From the NCBI GenBank assembly GCA_964371955.1, contig CAYJPB010000005.1, positions 1 to 39,528 on the forward strand: a stretch of 39,528 bases of DNA. The letters are read 5' to 3'. The number at the start of each line of letters is the position of its first letter. The first letter of the stretch is position 1. The stretch comes from an uncultured Desulfovibrionaceae bacterium. Lineage in GTDB: Bacteria; Desulfobacterota; Desulfovibrionia; Desulfovibrionales; Desulfovibrionaceae. The notes under the pieces are model-generated. The model did not search any database and was not told the origin of the DNA. It saw only the letters and a program-made list of their open reading frames with translations. Both the position numbers and the translations under genes were made by a program. Shown one piece after another: positions 35,039 through 39,528 of this stretch.

Positions 35039-36448
35039 TTATTTTTCTTCAACTTCCCACGCTGTTTTGCTTTGTGGAACTTGAACGAGTTTTGCTAAAA
35101 CGAAAATTGCTACGCCAATGGCGAATGAAATTCCTATCGGAATCCACGCATTAGATCCATAAAGCGGTTCCATGTGCGCAATTGCGGGGATAAGAATAAC
35201 AGTAGGAATTGAAAGTGCACTGCCAAGTCCCATTCTTAATGGTACAGGTGATTTGTTTTCAGGATCGACCAAGCGCAATAAGATAAATGCCGTGCTCACT
35301 GTTCCTGTAAGGTTTCCGAAAACGTAAGCAAAATATTCCGGACCGTATTCTTTCATTTTGCGTGAATAATACCAGAGTAATCCGGCGATAACCATTGTTG
35401 AAACTATAACAGAAGCTAAGTAAGGAATCATGTATTGTGCAACTTGACCGATTTGAATGCTGATAAAAGTTGAACATACCAAGAAATCTACCAATGTGCC
35501 TGAAATTCTGTTTGTTACACCTACACAAAGCAAATGTCCTTTACCCATTTTTGTAAGAAGAATACGAACGCCTACAGCAATAAGAGCACCGAAAAGGAAG
35601 AAAGTTGTCCATACAAATATTTTTAATGCAGGCGGAAGGATTATAAAGAGAATAAGGCAAATAATAAATGATAAGGCATAGGTTGCGAAACCTAAGGCTA
35701 TGTGCCATGCCAATACATCAATACTTGTTGCAGAAGTGGTTTGTCTTCCGGCTTCAGCAGTATCTGAACATTCATCATAAAAACCACATTCTTCTTCTTC
35801 TGATGGACATGTGACTATTTCAAGTTTCTTTTTACGTGCAATGATATTTACAAGAAAAACACCTACAATAATTGCCACAGCAAAACCCATTGCACCTGTA
35901 GCAAGACCAAAGTCAGGCATGCCGGCAAATGTTGTTGCTGCATCCCAGATTGTACCGATTGTGAAAGCTTGTCCCGGCCCCATAATAAATCCATACATTG
36001 TCAATGAACCGACAGTTTGAGGAGCAGAGTTAAGTCCAATCATGGCAAGTATGGTTGTAATAGCCATTGCAGCCGCTAAAGTGAAAAAACTTACCGAGGT
36101 AGAGGCGGAAATGTATGCCAAAATAGCTCTACCTTCGGAAACTTCGGATTTTTGTTTTGTGGGCATTTTTAACCCAACATAAATCCATGTAAGGTTAAAT
36201 ACATCGTATACAAAATTTTGCGTGATACCAATATCAAGTTTTAACCCCGTAGCATCAATAAGACCGGTGCTTTGACAAATCAAGCCAACCGTTCCGCCAA
36301 TAATGCACGATGGGATTAAGTATTTACGAAATAAAGGAAATACAGCCCTCAACAACATTCCGACAAGTAGAAAGAAGCTTATCCAAGCAAATACAAATAA
36401 ACCGTCAAACGCAACAGGAGCCATAGGGGGCATGGTGAAATCAGTCAT
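35039..36448 (-). CDS. Polytopic transporter, GltS-like (sodium/glutamate symporter, ESS family-like)
   Basis: 469 aa with ≥10 hydrophobic helices. The N-terminal …RKYLIPSCIIGGTVGL… resembles the E. coli GltS segment …KKYTIPEPVAGGLLVA…. A central charged loop follows …ARKKKLE…. This is a family-level call only. Confidence 0.5.
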   Translation of the reverse strand: MTDFTMPPMAPVAFDGLFVFAWISFFLLVGMLLRAVFPLFRKYLIPSCIIGGTVGLICQSTGLIDATGLKLDIGITQNFVYDVFNLTWIYVGLKMPTKQKSEVSEGRAILAYISASTSVSFFTLAAAMAITTILAMIGLNSAPQTVGSLTMYGFIMGPGQAFTIGTIWDAATTFAGMPDFGLATGAMGFAVAIIVGVFLVNIIARKKKLEIVTCPSEEEECGFYDECSDTAEAGRQTTSATSIDVLAWHIALGFATYALSFIICLILFIILPPALKIFVWTTFFLFGALIAVGVRILLTKMGKGHLLCVGVTNRISGTLVDFLVCSTFISIQIGQVAQYMIPYLASVIVSTMVIAGLLWYYSRKMKEYGPEYFAYVFGNLTGTVSTAFILLRLVDPENKSPVPLRMGLGSALSIPTVILIPAIAHMEPLYGSNAWIPIGISFAIGVAIFVLAKLVQVPQSKTAWEVEEK

Positions 36449-36520
36449 AATTTACCTCTTTTGTAGGTTATAACCGTTAGTGAAATTTATCACAATATAT
36501 GTAAGTTTTCTATCAATTCA

Positions 36521-36561
36521 AACTTCCTCCCCAAACTTTTTATGTGTGTGAGGAGGAAGTT
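36521..36561 (-). other. Intercistronic RNA hairpin between sulfatase-like gene B and the transporter gene
   Basis: AACTTCCTCC (36521-36530) pairs with GGAGGAAGTT (36552-36561). There is no U-tract, so it is not a canonical terminator. Confidence 0.4.
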
Positions 36562-36567
36562 ATGTAT

Positions 36568-38148
36568 TTATAATGCGTCCATTACGCTTAATTCAGTAAT
36601 ATATTCACGCAAAATGTCATATAATTTCTTTGCGACATCGGGGTGTTTGTCAATAATATTGTTGAGTTGGAAAGGATCGTTCTTACGATCGTAAAGTTCG
36701 TCACTTTCAGGCACTTCGGCTGTGCTGGCGGGGGTACAAGTCCATTGTTCTTCTCCGTCAAGAGAAGCGCTTTCTTTGTGGTGCTTTACTGCATCGTCGC
36801 TGGAGTAGCCATCAACAAGATCGATAAAGCTTTTTCCGCCAACTCCCTTAAGGTGAGCGTTGGTAACGCTGTCTGTTTCAGCATAGAATGCCAAAGCGAT
36901 TTCATTTTCGCCAACTTCTTTCACCCAGTGGATAAATGAATAATCTTCGGTGTAGATAGCCCATGAATATTTACAATAGCCTGCGATGGCAAAATCGCGC
37001 ACTTTTTCCACTTCACCACGACACAATGGCAATAAGCTTTTGCCTTGCATGTCGGGATGAACACCGATTCCGAGCCAGTCACATACAGTCGGCGCAACGT
37101 CACAAGATTGTACAAAACCTTTGATACGTTGACCTGCGGCAATGCCCGGAGCACGAAGAAGCATAGGTGCGTGAACCAATTCTTCATACGGCCATGGATT
37201 TGCTTTACGCATTAATCCGTGTCCATGTTCGCCGTTACCAAGAGGTTCACCATGATCTGAAACCATCATAAAGAGTGTATCTTGATTCATGCCAAGTCTG
37301 TCTATTGTGTCTAATAATTTGCCGAGGTATTTATCACAGAGAGTGACAAGTTCTGCATAAAGCATACGGATGTGGTTGAGTTGCGGTTCGGTGTATATAC
37401 CCTCTACATGTCCCGGATAAGGCAAGAATTCGTCTTTTCCTGTGTAGTCGGGATCGTATGGGCATTTTTTGTCAGGGTCATAAACTGATGGCGGATCCCA
37501 AGGCTCGTGTGGATCGAAAGAGTCAATCCAGAGATAGAATTGCTTGTTTCTGTCTACTTGTTCAAGATATTCGATGGCTTTGCCAATTGTCTTTGCTACA
37601 TAGCGATTTTCATCTTTCTCTCCGCCGTACTGGCGTTGCTTGAGATAGCAAGAAAGTTCATGAAGTGTTATTTCGTTTGCGCGTTCGCCCAACTTAGCTT
37701 CATAGGCTTTATAGGTTGCATCATCGATGTAGTCTTTAGCATTAAGATGAATAAGTTCATCTTTTTCATAATAGTAGTTATCGCCTTCGTGCCCATGTGT
37801 GAACCAAACTTTATCAAACGCGCGCGTATAACCAAATTTTGGTAAGCGATACATAGGACAGTCAAAAATAAGAGCTGTGTCAATAGGACGACCCCAGCAA
37901 AGATCGGCAATGGTTGTGTCTTTCATGGTAAGTGGCACCCAGCCTGTGTAAGGCAAGGTGTAACGTCCGGTGTGCATGGCTCGACGGCAAGGAACTGTTG
38001 GAACACCTTCAATATAACAGTTCTCAAACAAAACACCTTCACGGGCCAATCGGTCCATGTTAGGGGTTTTAATCCAAGTGTTGCCATACGCTCCAATGTA
38101 GTTGAATTGGAGGGAGTCAAACATTAAAACGATTGCGTTTTTTTGCAT
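36568..38148 (-). CDS. Cytoplasmic sulfatase-fold enzyme, paralog B, with Thr at the formylglycine position
   Basis: 526 aa, collinear with and by eye mostly identical to paralog A. It carries the same PTVPCRRAMHTGRY motif (Thr51 codon at 37996-37998), DPHEPW and VSDHGEPLGNGEHGHG. Confidence 0.8.
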   Translation of the reverse strand: MQKNAIVLMFDSLQFNYIGAYGNTWIKTPNMDRLAREGVLFENCYIEGVPTVPCRRAMHTGRYTLPYTGWVPLTMKDTTIADLCWGRPIDTALIFDCPMYRLPKFGYTRAFDKVWFTHGHEGDNYYYEKDELIHLNAKDYIDDATYKAYEAKLGERANEITLHELSCYLKQRQYGGEKDENRYVAKTIGKAIEYLEQVDRNKQFYLWIDSFDPHEPWDPPSVYDPDKKCPYDPDYTGKDEFLPYPGHVEGIYTEPQLNHIRMLYAELVTLCDKYLGKLLDTIDRLGMNQDTLFMMVSDHGEPLGNGEHGHGLMRKANPWPYEELVHAPMLLRAPGIAAGQRIKGFVQSCDVAPTVCDWLGIGVHPDMQGKSLLPLCRGEVEKVRDFAIAGYCKYSWAIYTEDYSFIHWVKEVGENEIALAFYAETDSVTNAHLKGVGGKSFIDLVDGYSSDDAVKHHKESASLDGEEQWTCTPASTAEVPESDELYDRKNDPFQLNNIIDKHPDVAKKLYDILREYITELSVMDAL

Positions 38149-38183
38149 AGTAAATCTCCTATTTTTTTATTTGTGAATAATGT

Positions 38184-38199
38184 TGCAAGTTGTATGCCA
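38184..38199 (-). promoter_or_regulatory. Sigma-54 (-24/-12) promoter of sulfatase-like gene B (probably also driving the transporter)
   Basis: The minus strand reads TGGCATACAACTTGCA (TGGCAT-N5-TTGCA). It lies ~35 nt upstream of ATG 38148, with a GGAG RBS. Confidence 0.75.
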
Positions 38200-38215
38200 T
38201 AAAAATCACTAAGAA

Positions 38216-38228
38216 AATCAAATTATTA
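38216..38228. promoter_or_regulatory. IHF-consensus-like site, promoter B
   Basis: AATCAAATTATTA fits WATCAANNNNTTR. It lies 17 bp from the promoter edge, versus 18 bp in promoter A. Confidence 0.3.
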
Positions 38229-38237
38229 TACTTCTGT

Positions 38238-38274
38238 GAATGTGTTATTTATGTGTGAGAATGTGTTATTTATG
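38238..38274. repeat. Two exact 16-bp direct repeats with 21-bp periodicity
   Basis: GAATGTGTTATTTATG occurs at 38238-38253 and 38259-38274, separated by TGTGA. It shares the ATGTG(A/T) core with the conserved upstream element. Confidence 0.6.
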
Positions 38275-38317
38275 AATCTATTGTGTATAATTATCTAATA
38301 ATCTAGAAAAAATACAA

Positions 38318-38342
38318 AAATGTGAAAATACATTTTATGTGA
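38318..38342. promoter_or_regulatory. Conserved upstream element (putative enhancer-binding-protein site) for promoter B
   Basis: AAATGTGAAAATACATTTTATGTGA. Its near edge (38318) lies 119 bp upstream of the promoter edge (38199), matching the 117 bp seen at promoter A. Confidence 0.55.
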
Positions 38343-38508
38343 TAATTCTCACACTTGTATGATAAAAGAGAAAATATTTGGAAAATTTAACAACTATATT
38401 CTAACATTCTAATTTATTTTATTTAATTTATGATAATTTAATTTGCATTATTTTGAAAAAGGATATACTACTTTCTCACATTTTCTATCTAGGTTGAAAA
38501 ACAAATAT

Positions 38509-39402
38509 ATGAGATTAGTCACTAATAAATATTTCTTTATTTTTTGCTTGCTTACGCTTTACCTTTGCTGGGGCTCAACATACATTTTGACAAAGTTTAT
38601 ACTTTTACATTGCCCCGGAATTATGCTTACTTCTTTGCGCATGACTTTTGCGGGGCTAATTTTGATTATTATCAGCCGTTTTATGGGTGAGAAAATTGTA
38701 TTCACCTACAAAGATTTTCTGGCGTATTTAGTGCTTGGTTTTTTCTTGGTTGTGATGGGCGCCGCATTTATCAGCAAGGGGCAAGAAAGTGTTTCTTCGG
38801 GAACAACGGCAATGCTTTTGAGTGTTGTGCCGACGTGGATGGTGCTTGCTGATTGGTATTTTGCAAAAATTCCGCCAAGTCGTGTGCAGATTATTGGACT
38901 ATGCATGGGTATTGTTGCGATGGGGTGGATGCAATGGCATCAAGGCGCGAATGGGCAAGCATCACTTGTTGGTTTTATCTTGATTTTGCTCTCTACAATC
39001 GGCTGGGTTTACGGTTCACAACTCACAAAAACAATACGCACGGCAACGCCTATGTCTCTTTTGCGCTCAACAGGTTTTATGATGCTTGTGGGGGGAATGG
39101 AGTGCTTTATTTTTGCCTTGATTACAGGCGAACGCTTGACGGGGATCAATATTGTACCACAATTTCTTTTCCCTTTTGCTTTGTCTGTGCTTACAGCTGT
39201 TTGTGGCTATGCATCGTATTTATGGCTTTTGCAGAAAACACGCCCGATGATTGCTATTTCTTATGAATTTGTTAATCCGGTTATTGCATTATATCTTGGG
39301 TGGCTTTTTGGAGGCGAAGAGGTGGACACCACTTTAATGATGGCGTGCGCGCTTCTTATTCTTTCAGCATTCTTTGCTGTTTCCAATAAAAACCCACATT
39401 AG
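38509..39402 (+). CDS. EamA/DMT-superfamily transporter
   Basis: 10-TM layout with two EamA-like halves (…LCWGSTYILTKF… and …GWVYGSQLTK…). ATG 38509 is preferred over the track TTG 38443 because the first TM helix begins ~10 aa after it. Confidence 0.7.
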   Translation: MRLVTNKYFFIFCLLTLYLCWGSTYILTKFILLHCPGIMLTSLRMTFAGLILIIISRFMGEKIVFTYKDFLAYLVLGFFLVVMGAAFISKGQESVSSGTTAMLLSVVPTWMVLADWYFAKIPPSRVQIIGLCMGIVAMGWMQWHQGANGQASLVGFILILLSTIGWVYGSQLTKTIRTATPMSLLRSTGFMMLVGGMECFIFALITGERLTGINIVPQFLFPFALSVLTAVCGYASYLWLLQKTRPMIAISYEFVNPVIALYLGWLFGGEEVDTTLMMACALLILSAFFAVSNKNPH

Positions 39403-39528
39403 AGCACTTGCAGGGCTTATCTATTATTGAGATTGCTATTCATCAATTTTTTCCACTGTTTATATGGTTATTGTGAAAAGCGCTCTTTCTGAAGTCCCAC
39501 TGAAGTCCCGCCTTTAATTTGGTTGGGG

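Noticed and set aside
39489-39509. Tandem CTGAAGTCCC x2 near the right edge
   Set aside because: There are only two 10-nt units, at the edge of the window and without context. That is too little to interpret.

Overview
This window looks like a mostly housekeeping chromosomal segment from an AT-rich, Gram-negative, motile bacterium that uses sigma-54. GC was not computed, and no finer taxon can be assigned from sequence alone. All family calls come from reading motifs in the translations; no database search was possible.

Gene content, left to right:
- N-terminus of a giant LapA/RTX-type adhesin, running off the left edge and absent from the ORF track
- class I aminotransferase
- murJ-ispH
- three secreted or lipoprotein genes (two FlgO-like paralogs) followed by cheV
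- a periplasmic-sensor, degenerate-GGDEF, EAL phosphodiesterase
- an ISAs1-type transposase relic
- a YajG-like lipoprotein, yhhQ and an AIM24-family gene
- a hisS-aspS-def string and a small lipoprotein
- ftsY, mgtE, alaS
- a Pmp-repeat autotransporter and kdsA
- an accessory-looking locus at 31.6-38.4 kb, then an EamA/DMT transporter

Most notable observations:
1. The 31.6-38.4 kb locus holds two cytoplasmic sulfatase-fold paralogs in which Thr replaces the Cys/Ser that normally becomes formylglycine. Each sits behind a near-consensus sigma-54 promoter, with a shared 25-bp upstream element and an IHF-like site at identical spacing. A GAF-type sigma-54 activator and a GltS-like transporter complete the locus.
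2. ftsY reads in frame, with no stop codon, into a polytopic membrane domain of about 260 aa.
3. A dispersed family of roughly 190-bp MITE-like elements carries 24-bp terminal inverted repeats. One copy has a perfect 9-bp target-site duplication, and the elements contain internal G4/C4 palindromes.

No rRNA, tRNA or CRISPR array was recognised.
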